In this document: positions 26,901 to 37,058 of the stretch, piece by piece
Numbering within the stretch: position 1 is the stretch's first letter
Layout of the letters: each line of letters begins with the position of its first letter
Source of the DNA: an uncultured delta proteobacterium
Lineage (GTDB): Bacteria; Desulfobacterota; Binatia; HRBIN30; BPIQ01
DNA: 64,000 nt
Assembly (NCBI GenBank): GCA_963761335.1
Contig: CAVXGR010000018.1
Span: 736,001 to 800,000, forward strand
Reading direction: 5' to 3'
Notes under the pieces: model-generated
What the model was told of the DNA's origin: nothing
What the model saw: only the letters and a program-made list of their open reading frames with translations
Databases searched by the model: none
Position numbers and translations under genes: made by a program

Positions 26901-28601
26901 GGCCCGGCGGGCTGCGCCACGGTGGCGAGCGACATGAGCTCGGCCGAGTGCGCCGGCGCTGCCTACTACACCTACACCCTACACGACGGCTCCGGGCAGG
27001 AGCACTCGCTGACCGCGATGGCGGGCCAGTCGGTCGATCTGGGAGCCTCGGTCACCGCCGTGAACGGCGTCGACACCTACTCCGCGGATCTGCTCAAGTA
27101 CGGATACAGCTTCACCAGCACGGACCAGGACAACACCCAGATCACGGCCGACTCGACGTTTCGGCGCGATCTGCAGGGGCACGTGCTGCAGGAGCAGGTG
27201 ACGGTGAATACGACCAGCAACAGCGCGGTGGCGCAGGCGCCGGCCACCGCGAGCTCGACCTTCGCCTCGGACGAGTTCGAGTACAACAACATCGACGAGA
27301 AGATCCGCGAGCGCAACAACCTGAGCGACCTGCCCGGGGCGCCGGCGCTCGAGGAGAGCTACACCTACGACCCGGCCGGCAACCTGAAGACGCTGACCAC
27401 ATACTCGGGCACCGAGTTCCAGAACTTCTACGACAATCGCAACCGCCTCGTCCGCCACTGCTTCGCGACCGACAGCGGGTCGGAAGGCGAGAAGATGGTC
27501 CTCGACCCGGTGACCGGCGCCATCATGAAGGTCACCCATTTCACCGATCCGGGAGCGTGCACTGCCGACGACAGCGGCGACGTCGACGCCGTGAGCGAGA
27601 GCTACACCTACACGCGCTTCGGGGCGATCCAGTCAATCGCGTACTCGGACGGCACCACGCTCGAGTGGGCCTACGATCCGTACCAGCGGCTGGCGTGCTT
27701 CGCCGACGCGCTGGCGACGACGAGCGGCCACCACTGCCCCGCCTCGCCCGTCGTTGTCGGGTTCTTGCCCGACCCTTCGGAGCAGCTCACGTACTACGTC
27801 TACTGGCCCGACAGCGACGCCTACCGGCGCGGCCTGCTGGAGAGCAAATGCCGAGGCGTGCCGGACGGCAGCGGCGGCTTCGTCACCAAGTGCATGAAGA
27901 CCGATTACTACACGCCGGTCGACGTCGGCGGCAGCTGCTCGCCGGCGCTGTCCGGCCTCGTCGGCGCTTTCGCCTCGACGGTGAAGACGGAGACGTACTG
28001 CACCGGCGGCAGCTGCGATAATGGCGGCGCTCTCGTCTATCAAACCACCTACAAGTACGACGAGCACCGCCGCCCCTGCCAGGTCGAATCGCTCAACGCC
28101 AGCAACAAGGTGATGCTCGCCTCGGGCTACCGCTACGACCAGTTCGACGACGTCGTGCACGAGGACAGCACATCCGATATCGACACCAGCAACGACAGCA
28201 ACTACCAGATCGACTACACCTACGACGGTCTGTTGCGGCTGGTCGAGGAGAACCGCCAGGATCTCAGCGGCAACCTGATCAAGGACACGAAATACGAGTA
28301 CGACGCCGCCTCGAACCTGATCCGGAAGACCGAGGAGGAGCCGGACGTAGGGGCCGGGGAGGGAACCCCGACGCCGACGGTGCGCGCCACAGTCGCGACA
28401 CCGGCGATCCCGACGGCAACGCCAGCCACTGCAACCAGCTCGCCGACTCTCGCGGTCGCCGCCCACGACGAAGGCTGTGAGGTCGGGCACAGCGGCGGCG
28501 CCTCCTGGCCGCTCTTGCTGCCGATCGCGCTTGTCCCACTGCTGTGGAGGCGCCGGCGGCCGGCGCGCGAGGGGTTTGACAGGACAAACACCGGAGCCTG
28601 A
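23970..28601 (+). CDS. Large exported YD-repeat (Rhs shell/TcB-like) protein lacking the Rhs core, with C-terminal Cys-TM-Arg sorting tail
   Basis: Signal peptide; N-terminal SVNGRTG...LSLALSY...FGLPYGWSL; many YD repeats (TYDAFGN, TYDVQGR, RDGLGR, TYDPAGNL, YDNRNRL, TYDGLLRL, EYDAASNL); no YYxARYY/DPxG core; PT linker + GCEV...WPLLLPIALVPLLWRRRR. Confidence 0.85.
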   Translation: MNRYLVVVLVLSGTLSLAAPAGAQSGSNASNYQGGAQLSVNGRTGDVTMAVTLVDLPGVVSDLGLSLALSYRSDEARTNIQNNTRNFGLPYGWSLGLAFIYNDGGAIKLNVDGTQVYQLDDNWRTSFTPIGASTPMFVKTGLMQYNRADASLKSDNGSVTVNGLGSAYIFTNIGGQTKYFSPGGLLIREADRFGNHIDYHYLNTVTSGNASNSTTAANATLSAMIDTWGNTVTIGPCLDPESCVANETRITLPDGRTMGWVAPDAYTITEIIDTEGMVTHLQWQSSTCGDQSYGNRRMVSMTTPVGGMTSLTYTCLDVCLEPSATQCTQKTSWSVVDTEYECPNNQSGVACPAGSPNGDFLTTTYQYKTAENVDNYTGYPRYSPYHPSVANADALMSAPDAGSFQYTTVVSKRRANGATIHQIETDYNFLHLQQEQRVYVSDGSSSNLMLSKQTSYCYPISDTAPATGCPLTTANYQQLPSNYQSPIIEGSCQYNVTGDAATSGARRSTMTTTYDAFGNVVGKRIYHATGAEGIVASCDRPTRLSTTGMRLVTDDYMQYDTPTTVGSDGFVELGAASGHFGLMLGQQSFVYLDEDDSGVGAHPQLQGASGPVLVKLVCNQLTSAASGPEAAGTDIKTSTSGLMATSASAPATLGIVGACPQPEGGGGGSSWISVPAPPKTTTFTYDVQGRSLTQTTSWASGYTAPGGVSSTSQDFAYSLSATAADEESCAGNSSVLQITSTDSQGNSTVNRLCTLNGFHLSAADPNGNKTLMEHSANGLVSKTTHADGTHVDVQYYYACPVAQDGRTATCPNTSAVMQNCPYDSQTPKRNCVAETMSSGEGQSSFVDGVTKVTIRDGLGRIVEDLDNLGDSPGAGYTAMETTKAMVYDDRGMLAKSSVSMGATNPLVYQTITTLGPKLRPSLVCGPRGDTQQFVHDDVNQETKAIFNGNDREAYVTNDSEKLTTIANCALTANQTTAGPAGCATVASDMSSAECAGAAYYTYTLHDGSGQEHSLTAMAGQSVDLGASVTAVNGVDTYSADLLKYGYSFTSTDQDNTQITADSTFRRDLQGHVLQEQVTVNTTSNSAVAQAPATASSTFASDEFEYNNIDEKIRERNNLSDLPGAPALEESYTYDPAGNLKTLTTYSGTEFQNFYDNRNRLVRHCFATDSGSEGEKMVLDPVTGAIMKVTHFTDPGACTADDSGDVDAVSESYTYTRFGAIQSIAYSDGTTLEWAYDPYQRLACFADALATTSGHHCPASPVVVGFLPDPSEQLTYYVYWPDSDAYRRGLLESKCRGVPDGSGGFVTKCMKTDYYTPVDVGGSCSPALSGLVGAFASTVKTETYCTGGSCDNGGALVYQTTYKYDEHRRPCQVESLNASNKVMLASGYRYDQFDDVVHEDSTSDIDTSNDSNYQIDYTYDGLLRLVEENRQDLSGNLIKDTKYEYDAASNLIRKTEEEPDVGAGEGTPTPTVRATVATPAIPTATPATATSSPTLAVAAHDEGCEVGHSGGASWPLLLPIALVPLLWRRRRPAREGFDRTNTGA

Positions 28602-28631
28602 GCGCCTTCTTGCGGTAGGGAAAAAAGGACG

Positions 28632-28829
28632 ATGCTCAAAACAGTTTGTCTCAGGTTGATGCTGGTGGCCATGGTGGTGCTGGCGGCGTGCGGCGACGAC
28701 AGCGGCGGCAATGCGAACCCCCCGGGGGGACCGCTGCTCGGCACCGTACAGTGCGATTCGAGCTCGGATAGCTGCGTGGGCACGCACACGCGACTGCTCG
28801 CCGTCTCTCACGCGGTTGCAAAGGAGTAA
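28632..28829 (+). CDS. 65 aa lipoprotein, homologous to the N-terminus of the next gene
   Basis: AAGGA RBS; lipobox LAAC; QCDSSSDSCVGTHTRLLAVSHA matches [22 protein letters not shown] of the 28834 protein. Confidence 0.7.
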   Translation: MLKTVCLRLMLVAMVVLAACGDDSGGNANPPGGPLLGTVQCDSSSDSCVGTHTRLLAVSHAVAKE

Positions 28830-28833
28830 GACG

Positions 28834-31800
28834 ATGAGATCGTTCAGAAGAGCCGGTATTGCCACCGTGGCGATTGTGCTGGCGTCGGTGTCCCTCACCG
28901 CCTGCGGCGGCAATGGCAGCGGTCTCGGGGGCGCGCCGCCGCTCGAGGAGCCGCCGAGCGAGGGGCAGCAGTGCGACCCGGCCTCGGACTCCTGCGCGGC
29001 CGCGCACACCCAGTTGTTCGCCATCTCGCACGCCTTCGTCGATCCCACCAACACTGTCTACTACCGCGTGACCGTGCCGGCGCGGAGCACCGGCACCGAC
29101 TGGGGCGACGGCACCAACGGCTTCTTCTACCAAGCCGTCGTCAACGGCAGCACGACATCGAGCTACGTTCCTTTCAACGGCGTCGCCGTCGGCGATGACA
29201 ACCGGCCGATGCTGCCGCAGTTCAGCTTCATCGTCGCGGCGGATGTCTCCGCAGGCGAGCAGAACACGACGCTCGAGGTCGACCTCTGCGCGTCCGATTA
29301 TCAGACCGGCAGCAGCCCGACGTGCGCCAAGCCTCTGTGGACCGACTCATACGCTTCGTTGCCGGCCCCGTCGGTAGGGCTCGGCCCCGCCAGCGATCCG
29401 TTCAACTCCTTATCGCCGCCGAGCGTCCTCTTCACCGCCGAGACGGGCTCGACTGTGGCGGTGCCGGACAACGGCGTCCATCCGGGCGTCCTGGAGGTCT
29501 GCCCATCCGTGAATGGCGGCTCATCGTGCGCGGCGCCGGACGCGCTCAGCGACGAGCAGCTGCAATGGTTCTACGACCACGTGCTCTTCTTCGACCTGGA
29601 CGGAAAACCCTACACCAACGACATCTTCAACGACTCGGCCGAGCATCGCAGCATCGGGGTGCTGACGCTGCAGGAGGCGGCCTTCCCCATCTCTGCGACC
29701 GAGTACCGCACGCGCTACGGCAGCACGACCGCGATCACGGCCAGGGAGTTACCCGTCAAGCAGTTCTTCTTCTACAGCAAGAACACAAGCGCGGCGTCGG
29801 CCATCACCGTCGGCGTGCAGTACCTCTACGACGACGCGAGCTGCCCCGGGTCTCTCAACGGCATTGGCTGCGGCAGCTCGACCATCACCGGCGAGGTGAA
29901 CATCCAGCCGGCGGCGGCGGTCTCTCCGGAGAGTGGGTTGAACGGCAACGTCGTGGCGAATCCGACCAACCCGAATGTGCCCGCCGGTACGCTGGAGACA
30001 CGGAGCATCGAGTTCCAGATGCGCGGCGCCAACTCGACGTGTACGGAGGCGGTGAACCCACTGGCCGTCAACCCCGGTGGCTCACCGTCGGGTGCGGGTG
30101 AGCTGCAGCCCAATCGGCCGAACTACGTCATCGACGACGGCCAGAACGCGTCGGCGTTGTGGGGAAAGCGATTTTCGCCCGGGCTGTACTACGTGCTGCC
30201 CGCCGGCTTCGGCAACTGCGCCGTGAACCAGCAACCGTTCTGCGACCTGACCGGCGGCTACGCCGCCTACGTGCCGCACTATACCCCGGAGGGGGGGGCG
30301 CTCAACGGCGGCAGTACGGATCAGACGTTCGTCGACGGGTTCATTCTCGCCGACCAGTACCAGCTGCCCGGTTTGTCCGGCAGTACCACGAACTCGTTGA
30401 TCTGGTTCGACAACTGCGGCTACGGCTACGTCTACGACGAGTGCAGCAGCGGCTGCACCGCCACGCTCGGGACCCGCAAGCAGCCACTCCCCCCGCCGCC
30501 TTCCGGCACGATCTACACGTACACGGTGGCGAACAAGAGACCGGGAGCGGTGGTCTTCGGCAAGGAGTGCTGCGCCAGCGAGTACCAGCAGGAGCAGCTC
30601 GACCAGAGCACCACGGTGGTCTTTCCGCCTGTGCAGATCGACGACGCCTACGGGGTTTTCATCGCGCCGAACCAGAGCGTCGAGTACCAGACCCTGTTCA
30701 GTGACGAGGCCCTGGTCGTCTACGACGCGGCAACGGGAAACCGGCTGCACAAGCTGAGGCTCAGCCCTTCGCAGAACAAGGAGTACGCCTGTGCAGATCC
30801 GTCGTGCAACGGCGGGCCGTTCCGCGACGATTGCCCGTCGGTGACGGTCTCCGCGGGGTCGGCGAGCCACAGCTACACGGTCGACCTCTTCGCCACCGGT
30901 CAGGGATCGACCGGGTGCGCACCGGTCGGCAATTGTCCGTTCGGAATGTCGACCGCCAGCGACGGGGCGTTCGTCACCTGCACGGCGACGGTCTCTTCCT
31001 TCCTGCTGGCCGTCCCCGAATGGGCCGCGGAGACTCTCCCCGCGGTCAACTTCGTGCAGCTGCGCGCCTGGGGCGGAACGGGCTCGCAGGGGTCGGATAC
31101 AAAAGAACATGACGGTGGCGCCGGCGGCGGGAACGGCTTCGCGGCAACCTACCTCGATCCGGCCGATTCGACCTGGGAGGGCAATCTGTACGCCTACGTC
31201 GGCAGCAGGAATAACTCGTCGAATCGATACGGCGGGTCTTCCAGCATCCTGACGCGTCGTGCGTTGAGCTCGTTCGCACCCTCCGAGCTCGATTTCGGAA
31301 GCAAGAGCACGTCTCCGTCTCAAGCCGCGATCCTGCTCATCGCCGGCGGAGGGGGAGGCGGAGGAGCAGGCGGCGAATCCGAGGACAATGTCACGCCGGG
31401 GGTTGGGGGGGCCGGCGGTGTAACCTACGCCAACCATGCCGGCGCCGCGCTCGCCAGCCCCGGCGCCGCTGCTAACGCGAAGGGTAGCGACGGAACGCAA
31501 TACGAGGACCCCGTCTATGTTCTACACATTCACAGCGGACAAGGTGGCAACCAGGCGGGTGACAGCGCCGGTGGCCAAGGCTCCGCCAACGGGAGCGACG
31601 CCATCGGGGGCTTCGGAGGAGGGCCGAACAAATGGAGCGACGGCGGCAGCCTTGTTCCGCCGAGCAGTTGGGCTCCGGGTTCAGGTGGCAGCTCCGGTAA
31701 TCACGGAGGAATGGGTGGCGGCGGCTGGGGCGGCGGGGGGGAAGGCAGCGACGATTCCAGCTCTCAAGGGGGCAGCGGCGGCGGTGGCGGCGGCAGCTGG

Positions 31801-33606
31801 GCCGCCGGCAATACGGTAAACGACCCGACCGCGCCGCCGTACGAACTGAACAGCCCATCCAACCCGGCAGGCAACGGCGGTGCCGTGCAGATCGCGTATC
31901 TGGCTGCGAATCGCGCCATCCTCTATCGCGTCAACGCCGGCGGCGATACCGTCGCCGCCACGGACGGTGGCCCTCCCTGGACTGCCGACACCCTGCTGGG
32001 CCTGACGTCCACCGGCCAGAGCACCGCCTCGTCGAGCCACGCGATCGACCTCGCACAGCACAAGCTCGCTCCGCTCTGCCCGTTCAACACTCCTTGCGGG
32101 GTCATCGGCGCCGGCGCGCCGCAGGCGCTCTTCCAGACCGAACGGGTGGATCCGAGCGGCGGGTCGGAGATGCAGTATGCCTTTTCCGTAACCAACGGCG
32201 ATTTCGTCGAGATCAACCTTTTCCTCGCCGAAACAGACAGCGCGATCACCAAGACCGGGCAGCGAGTCTTCAACGTCAAGGTGGAGGGCGCGGTCCCGAG
32301 TGTATTCTCGAAGATCGACCAGCTGACCCAGGCCGATGTGGTTCAGTACCGCGGCGTGCGCTTGTCATATGTGCAGCACATGTCGGACAACACGCTCAAC
32401 CTCGAGTTCGACCACGTCACCGGAGATCCGGCGATCAAGGGGATCGAGATTCGATCCCTGAGAGGAAACTTCGCGGCCCGCGGTCTGCTCACGTCGACGA
32501 ACCAGCGGCGTCCGGGCGCATGTCTGACGCTGGACGACACCGGGGCCATCGTCAGCAACACGAGCAACTTCCACCTCGTCTGGCAGGCCGACGGCGACCT
32601 GGTGATCAACAATCCGCAAGGCTTGGCCATTTGGAGAGCGGGCACCGACAACGCGTCCCACGGCGGCAACGGCGGGGCTCAGCTCTGCTTTCAGACGGAC
32701 GGCAATCTGGTGATCTATTCGGCCGCAGGAGACGCGCTGTTCGCGTCGAATACCTCCGACGGAGCACACAAGGGGAACGGGGGAACTTTCATGTCCCTGC
32801 AAGACAACTGCGACCTGATCATCACCCAGTACTCTCACCAGATCATGTTCCAGACGAACACCACCTGCTCGACGACTCCGCTTCCAACCTTCACGCCGAC
32901 GCCGACACCGCGCAACACCCCGACCATCACCAGGACTGCGACCATGACGCCGACGCCGACGCGCACCCCGACCGCCTCGCACACCCCGACACCGACGCCG
33001 ACGATCACCTCAACCCGAACCATCACCCCGACCCGAACGGTGACCCCCACTCCGAGCTCCACGGCGACCCCGACGGTGACACCGACCTCCACGGCGACGC
33101 CAACGAGCACGCCGAGCTTCACGCCGGTGCCGACCGGCACCGCGACCGCCATCCCGATCCCGACCAACACGCCGACGCCGACGGATACCGCCACCCCGAC
33201 CTCCACGGCAACGGCGACGCCGCATCTGGTCGAGGTGCTGACCAACTCGCTCACCTCGACCAATCATTCGGAGCCGGCCGCCTGCCTGCAGCTTCCCGGC
33301 GACGATGGCGTCGTGCTCGACAACGGCGTGGCGCAGCTGATCTGGCGGAGCGACGGCAATCTGGTCTTGGACCAGGGAGACTCGACGCTGTGGGAATCGG
33401 GTACCTCCGACGCGGAGCTCGGCGGCAACGGCGGGCGTCAGCTCTGCTTCCCGAACAGCCTCACCATCCAGAACGGCTCCGGGACCACGCTCTTCTCCAC
33501 GGCGACGCTCGAAGGGAAAGCCTTGCGGCTGCAAGCCGACTGCAACCTGACAGTCACGAATATATCCGGCTCGGTGCTCTTTGAAACGTCGACGGTATGC
33601 AAGTAG
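28834..33606 (+). CDS. Large lipoprotein: Cys-rich N-region, glycine-rich domain, malectin domain, two bulb-type lectin domains split by a Thr/Pro linker
   Basis: AAGGAG RBS; lipobox [63 protein letters not shown] (malectin); [32 protein letters not shown] (bulb lectin). Confidence 0.85.
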   Translation: MRSFRRAGIATVAIVLASVSLTACGGNGSGLGGAPPLEEPPSEGQQCDPASDSCAAAHTQLFAISHAFVDPTNTVYYRVTVPARSTGTDWGDGTNGFFYQAVVNGSTTSSYVPFNGVAVGDDNRPMLPQFSFIVAADVSAGEQNTTLEVDLCASDYQTGSSPTCAKPLWTDSYASLPAPSVGLGPASDPFNSLSPPSVLFTAETGSTVAVPDNGVHPGVLEVCPSVNGGSSCAAPDALSDEQLQWFYDHVLFFDLDGKPYTNDIFNDSAEHRSIGVLTLQEAAFPISATEYRTRYGSTTAITARELPVKQFFFYSKNTSAASAITVGVQYLYDDASCPGSLNGIGCGSSTITGEVNIQPAAAVSPESGLNGNVVANPTNPNVPAGTLETRSIEFQMRGANSTCTEAVNPLAVNPGGSPSGAGELQPNRPNYVIDDGQNASALWGKRFSPGLYYVLPAGFGNCAVNQQPFCDLTGGYAAYVPHYTPEGGALNGGSTDQTFVDGFILADQYQLPGLSGSTTNSLIWFDNCGYGYVYDECSSGCTATLGTRKQPLPPPPSGTIYTYTVANKRPGAVVFGKECCASEYQQEQLDQSTTVVFPPVQIDDAYGVFIAPNQSVEYQTLFSDEALVVYDAATGNRLHKLRLSPSQNKEYACADPSCNGGPFRDDCPSVTVSAGSASHSYTVDLFATGQGSTGCAPVGNCPFGMSTASDGAFVTCTATVSSFLLAVPEWAAETLPAVNFVQLRAWGGTGSQGSDTKEHDGGAGGGNGFAATYLDPADSTWEGNLYAYVGSRNNSSNRYGGSSSILTRRALSSFAPSELDFGSKSTSPSQAAILLIAGGGGGGGAGGESEDNVTPGVGGAGGVTYANHAGAALASPGAAANAKGSDGTQYEDPVYVLHIHSGQGGNQAGDSAGGQGSANGSDAIGGFGGGPNKWSDGGSLVPPSSWAPGSGGSSGNHGGMGGGGWGGGGEGSDDSSSQGGSGGGGGGSWAAGNTVNDPTAPPYELNSPSNPAGNGGAVQIAYLAANRAILYRVNAGGDTVAATDGGPPWTADTLLGLTSTGQSTASSSHAIDLAQHKLAPLCPFNTPCGVIGAGAPQALFQTERVDPSGGSEMQYAFSVTNGDFVEINLFLAETDSAITKTGQRVFNVKVEGAVPSVFSKIDQLTQADVVQYRGVRLSYVQHMSDNTLNLEFDHVTGDPAIKGIEIRSLRGNFAARGLLTSTNQRRPGACLTLDDTGAIVSNTSNFHLVWQADGDLVINNPQGLAIWRAGTDNASHGGNGGAQLCFQTDGNLVIYSAAGDALFASNTSDGAHKGNGGTFMSLQDNCDLIITQYSHQIMFQTNTTCSTTPLPTFTPTPTPRNTPTITRTATMTPTPTRTPTASHTPTPTPTITSTRTITPTRTVTPTPSSTATPTVTPTSTATPTSTPSFTPVPTGTATAIPIPTNTPTPTDTATPTSTATATPHLVEVLTNSLTSTNHSEPAACLQLPGDDGVVLDNGVAQLIWRSDGNLVLDQGDSTLWESGTSDAELGGNGGRQLCFPNSLTIQNGSGTTLFSTATLEGKALRLQADCNLTVTNISGSVLFETSTVCK
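32872..33222 (+). repeat. Coding Thr-Pro low-complexity repeat (PTPT linker)
   Basis: ACGCCG/ACCCCG-type hexamer repeats encoding [11 protein letters not shown]... Confidence 0.9.
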
Positions 33607-33675
33607 AAGCGTGAACTGCTTCCACGGGAATGGGGGCTGCTTCTCGAGTGAAATGAAACTCTGATGGAGGGGTCG

Positions 33676-36600
33676 ATGAAGAGAGAGACGCGAAATGGGC
33701 GAGGTGGGAAGAGCTCGAGCAGCGACGAACGGGGAATATCGAGACGCGGCTTCCTCGTGGGCGCCGCGGCCGCGGGTGCCGCTGCGGGAATACCATCCCT
33801 GTTCATCGGCTGCGGCGACAATGACAGCGGCTTGGGAGGTGGACCACAGCCGACTCCAACTCCGGGCACCCGCCCGCGCGAGCTGCGCACCTTGGACTTC
33901 GACTTCTCCTACGGCGAGGTGGACCAGCTCCGTATCTCCGTTCTGGGCAGTAAATCGCATAAGGCTCCCGTGCAGACGCACGACGCCGATTCGCGCGCCC
34001 GCCATCGCCAGCTGAATCCCACTCTCGCCGACGTGCCGGACGAGCACCTGACGCATTACGTCGATGACGTGGACCTTCCCTCCGACGCCCTGCAGCTCGT
34101 GCGGGTCAAGGGGCGACACGTGTCCACGGGCGCCGAAGCGCTCGTCTCGATGCACATCCACCGGCCGATTGCCGCTTCGCAGGCGGCCGGACAACAGATG
34201 GCCGCGCTGGGGATCGCACCGAACCGATGGGCCCCGGCATTGGCAGCGGATGACGACGGAACCGTGATCGACGTCGACACCTACCAGAATCCCACGGTGA
34301 CGGCGGTCGCCCTGGTGTTCCACAACAACGAGCTCATCAACCTGAACGTCGACCAGGGCACGTGCATCATCGAGTTGATCCAGTCGCTGCCCTGTACGGG
34401 GGGCTCCGGATGTACGCCCTTTATCGCCACCCTGGCCGAAAAGGTAGGGGCCCAGTGGCCGGCGACGACGATGGGCGGCTGGGCGACGCTGACGCAGGTC
34501 CTCAACTCTGACGGCACACCGACCGTCGACAGCAACGGCAACCCCGTCTACCAGTACGTTCCGACCGACGACATCGCCCAGACCGCGTGCTCGATTGCGG
34601 CCCAGATCAAGAACGTGATCTTCGACGACCCCACCTACGAGGGCAACAACTACCACCCGACGGAAGGCACGACTGTCGACGACGGCTCGACCAGCGTCAG
34701 CGCGGCACGCGCCCGCGGCGTAGTGGCAGCCTCCAGCTTCAATGTGACCGGGTCTCATCCGGCCGGCACCTCGGCGCACGGCGTCAAGTTCGAGACCATC
34801 GGCGTGACCGACCAGGGTAACCGGACCGTGCAGATCGAGTTCCGCAACGCCTACGTTCGCTATCTGTCGACCTTCGTGCAGTTCGCCAACGAGGGCGGCG
34901 ACTTGCCGGTGGACAACCCGACCTCGGTCGACACCTCGCGCTCCAAGTTCATCGCCTACATCACGGCCAACTACACACTCCTCGGCATTCCCCTCACCGG
35001 AGACGACATCATCTTGTCGAACGTGGGGTTCGACGTTCCCGCCGACGCTTCGATCGCCAAGGTCTACTTCGGCAGTCTCGGTCTGGGCGGCGACGCCTTT
35101 TCCCCGGAGGCGGTCGGCGGAAGCAGCCTGACCCTCACCTTCTCCATCGGCCTGCCTGCCTTCTTCCTGGTCGCCGGCGTGGTGACGGGTACGGCCATTC
35201 AAACGACGATCCTCAAGTACCTGGCGACGTCGGACGGAATCGCGCTCGTCACTTCTCTGGCCCAGGACGCACAAGCGCAGGCCGGCGCGGACGACGGCAT
35301 CTTTGGCGGTACCGAGAGCTCGTCCAAGGCCGCGGGGAAGCTGGCCAGCATCGGCAGCGCCCTCCTGACCGGCCTGTTCGGCGGTACGGCGCAGGTCATG
35401 AAGGCGCTCACCCAGGACATCGTCGAAGAGGAGGTTTCGGAAGAAGCGGTCGAAGAATCGGCCGGCCCCTTCGGCTTGGCGTTCAAGCTGATCGCCATCG
35501 GCGCCAATCTGGCCGCCCTCGCCGAGAGTGTCGCCGAGTCGCTCGCCAGCCCCGCCATCTTCATCAACACGATCTGCCTCACGCAGACGACCACCGTGAC
35601 GGTCAACCACGACCCGAACGATTTCCGCTTTCCCGCCACGGCGCGCAACTACGAGATCATCCTCACCTACGACGGCTCGTCGGTCATCCGCAAAAGAACC
35701 GGGACGATCTCGGCCGAGGGTGTTCCCGACCCGATCGTTGAAAGCTTCGACAACGTTCCGTCGGGCGGGATGGTGACGGTAGACGTCTATCTTACGACGG
35801 ACGCCAATTGCATCGTCGGCCGCAGCACCGACGCGGATGGAAACGTCGGACCTTTTGGGCCAGTTTCGGGCACCCAGGCATCGATTTCCCTGACCATCAA
35901 GGAGCTGCTGGTTCCGCTTACGGCCGACACCGAGTACAACCACGTGCTCAAGCTCGAGTATCAGAATGGCGAGCACGTATGGGCGGAGACCGCCGCGCCC
36001 ACCGCCACCTTGGCGAATCTCTGCGCCGGTCAGGACAACGCCCTCTGCGATCTGAACGAGATCACCATCGGCCAGAGAACCGGCATGGCCGGATACAGCT
36101 TCCAGGCGGGCGGACAGAACATCGATCTGTGCGACGGCGGCGCGGCGTCCATCCAGCAAGTGATCCAGAACGTCTTCCTCGGCGCGAATGCGCAGAGCGG
36201 TTTCAAGCAGCTCTCCTGTGGGTTCACCCAGCCGGTGGGGATCGTCTACGAGCGGCTCGGCTCGCCCGATGGCAAAGGGATGAACTTCTTCCTGGAGCCG
36301 ACGCCGAGCAGCTTTCTGGTGAAGTCGATCGTCGCCGACACCTCCACGCCCTTCGACGTGAGCACCGCACAGGCCTGGGGACAGTTCAGCGAGCCGCTCG
36401 ACTCCATCGCCGTGGTGCCCACGGGCTATCTCGTCGGCGTCAACCGCGCCAACCACAAGATGGAGATCCTCGAGCTGCCGGCCGCCGCCGTCGACAGTGA
36501 CCAGGCCCCCGGGTCGGTGGCCTTCGCCGTGCAAAAGATGGGACTGGGAACCCGCCCAGGGCTCCTCGGCTCGCCCGTGGCCCTGGCCGTGTTCGGCACC

Positions 36601-37017
36601 ACGATCCTGATCCTGGAGGACGGCAACCGCCGCATTCAGGCCGTCGACGTGTCCGGCAACCAGGTGCTGCAGTTCCAGGGGCAGAGCGCCAGCACCATCG
36701 ACCTCGCCGCCGTTGAGAGCGATCCGGCGTCGGTGGTGTACCTGGACATCGCCGTCGAAGGGCTCGGCTACATGTATGTCCTGTCCTACGCGAACGGAGG
36801 GCTGGCCGCAGACGACTACCGGCTCGACATCTGGGATCCGGATGGCAACCACCTGCTCCGCAAGACCGGGGTGGCGGCGGCGCGGATGGCGGTCGACACC
36901 TTCCGCAACGTCTACACGCTCAACTACGAGACCATCGCCGGCGCGCCGCGTGTGGAGCCGTCGCTGTCGCAGTGGGAGCCGTCGACGCCGGAGGGCTGTC
37001 CGACGCCGACGTCGTAA
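33676..37017 (+). CDS. Tat-exported lipoprotein of unknown function with central hydrophobic helices and C-terminal NHL/beta-propeller-like region
   Basis: GGAGG RBS; SRRGFLVG twin-arginine motif; LFIGC lipobox; PVALAVFG..ILEDGNRRIQAVD, LDIAVEGLGYMYVL, MAVDTFRNVYTLN. Confidence 0.75.
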   Translation: MKRETRNGRGGKSSSSDERGISRRGFLVGAAAAGAAAGIPSLFIGCGDNDSGLGGGPQPTPTPGTRPRELRTLDFDFSYGEVDQLRISVLGSKSHKAPVQTHDADSRARHRQLNPTLADVPDEHLTHYVDDVDLPSDALQLVRVKGRHVSTGAEALVSMHIHRPIAASQAAGQQMAALGIAPNRWAPALAADDDGTVIDVDTYQNPTVTAVALVFHNNELINLNVDQGTCIIELIQSLPCTGGSGCTPFIATLAEKVGAQWPATTMGGWATLTQVLNSDGTPTVDSNGNPVYQYVPTDDIAQTACSIAAQIKNVIFDDPTYEGNNYHPTEGTTVDDGSTSVSAARARGVVAASSFNVTGSHPAGTSAHGVKFETIGVTDQGNRTVQIEFRNAYVRYLSTFVQFANEGGDLPVDNPTSVDTSRSKFIAYITANYTLLGIPLTGDDIILSNVGFDVPADASIAKVYFGSLGLGGDAFSPEAVGGSSLTLTFSIGLPAFFLVAGVVTGTAIQTTILKYLATSDGIALVTSLAQDAQAQAGADDGIFGGTESSSKAAGKLASIGSALLTGLFGGTAQVMKALTQDIVEEEVSEEAVEESAGPFGLAFKLIAIGANLAALAESVAESLASPAIFINTICLTQTTTVTVNHDPNDFRFPATARNYEIILTYDGSSVIRKRTGTISAEGVPDPIVESFDNVPSGGMVTVDVYLTTDANCIVGRSTDADGNVGPFGPVSGTQASISLTIKELLVPLTADTEYNHVLKLEYQNGEHVWAETAAPTATLANLCAGQDNALCDLNEITIGQRTGMAGYSFQAGGQNIDLCDGGAASIQQVIQNVFLGANAQSGFKQLSCGFTQPVGIVYERLGSPDGKGMNFFLEPTPSSFLVKSIVADTSTPFDVSTAQAWGQFSEPLDSIAVVPTGYLVGVNRANHKMEILELPAAAVDSDQAPGSVAFAVQKMGLGTRPGLLGSPVALAVFGTTILILEDGNRRIQAVDVSGNQVLQFQGQSASTIDLAAVESDPASVVYLDIAVEGLGYMYVLSYANGGLAADDYRLDIWDPDGNHLLRKTGVAAARMAVDTFRNVYTLNYETIAGAPRVEPSLSQWEPSTPEGCPTPTS

Positions 37018-37058
37018 TGGGTGACGGACGGCCGCGATCATCAAAGGAGACAGTCAGG

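Noticed and set aside
23970..28601. Shell gene as a truncated Rhs pseudogene
   Set aside because: It ends in an intact linker and sorting tail shared with another gene, with no frameshift or downstream core remnant; not fully excluded
33010..37044. 1344 aa minus-strand ORF
   Set aside because: Shadow of the Tat lipoprotein and lectin genes; no recognisable motifs
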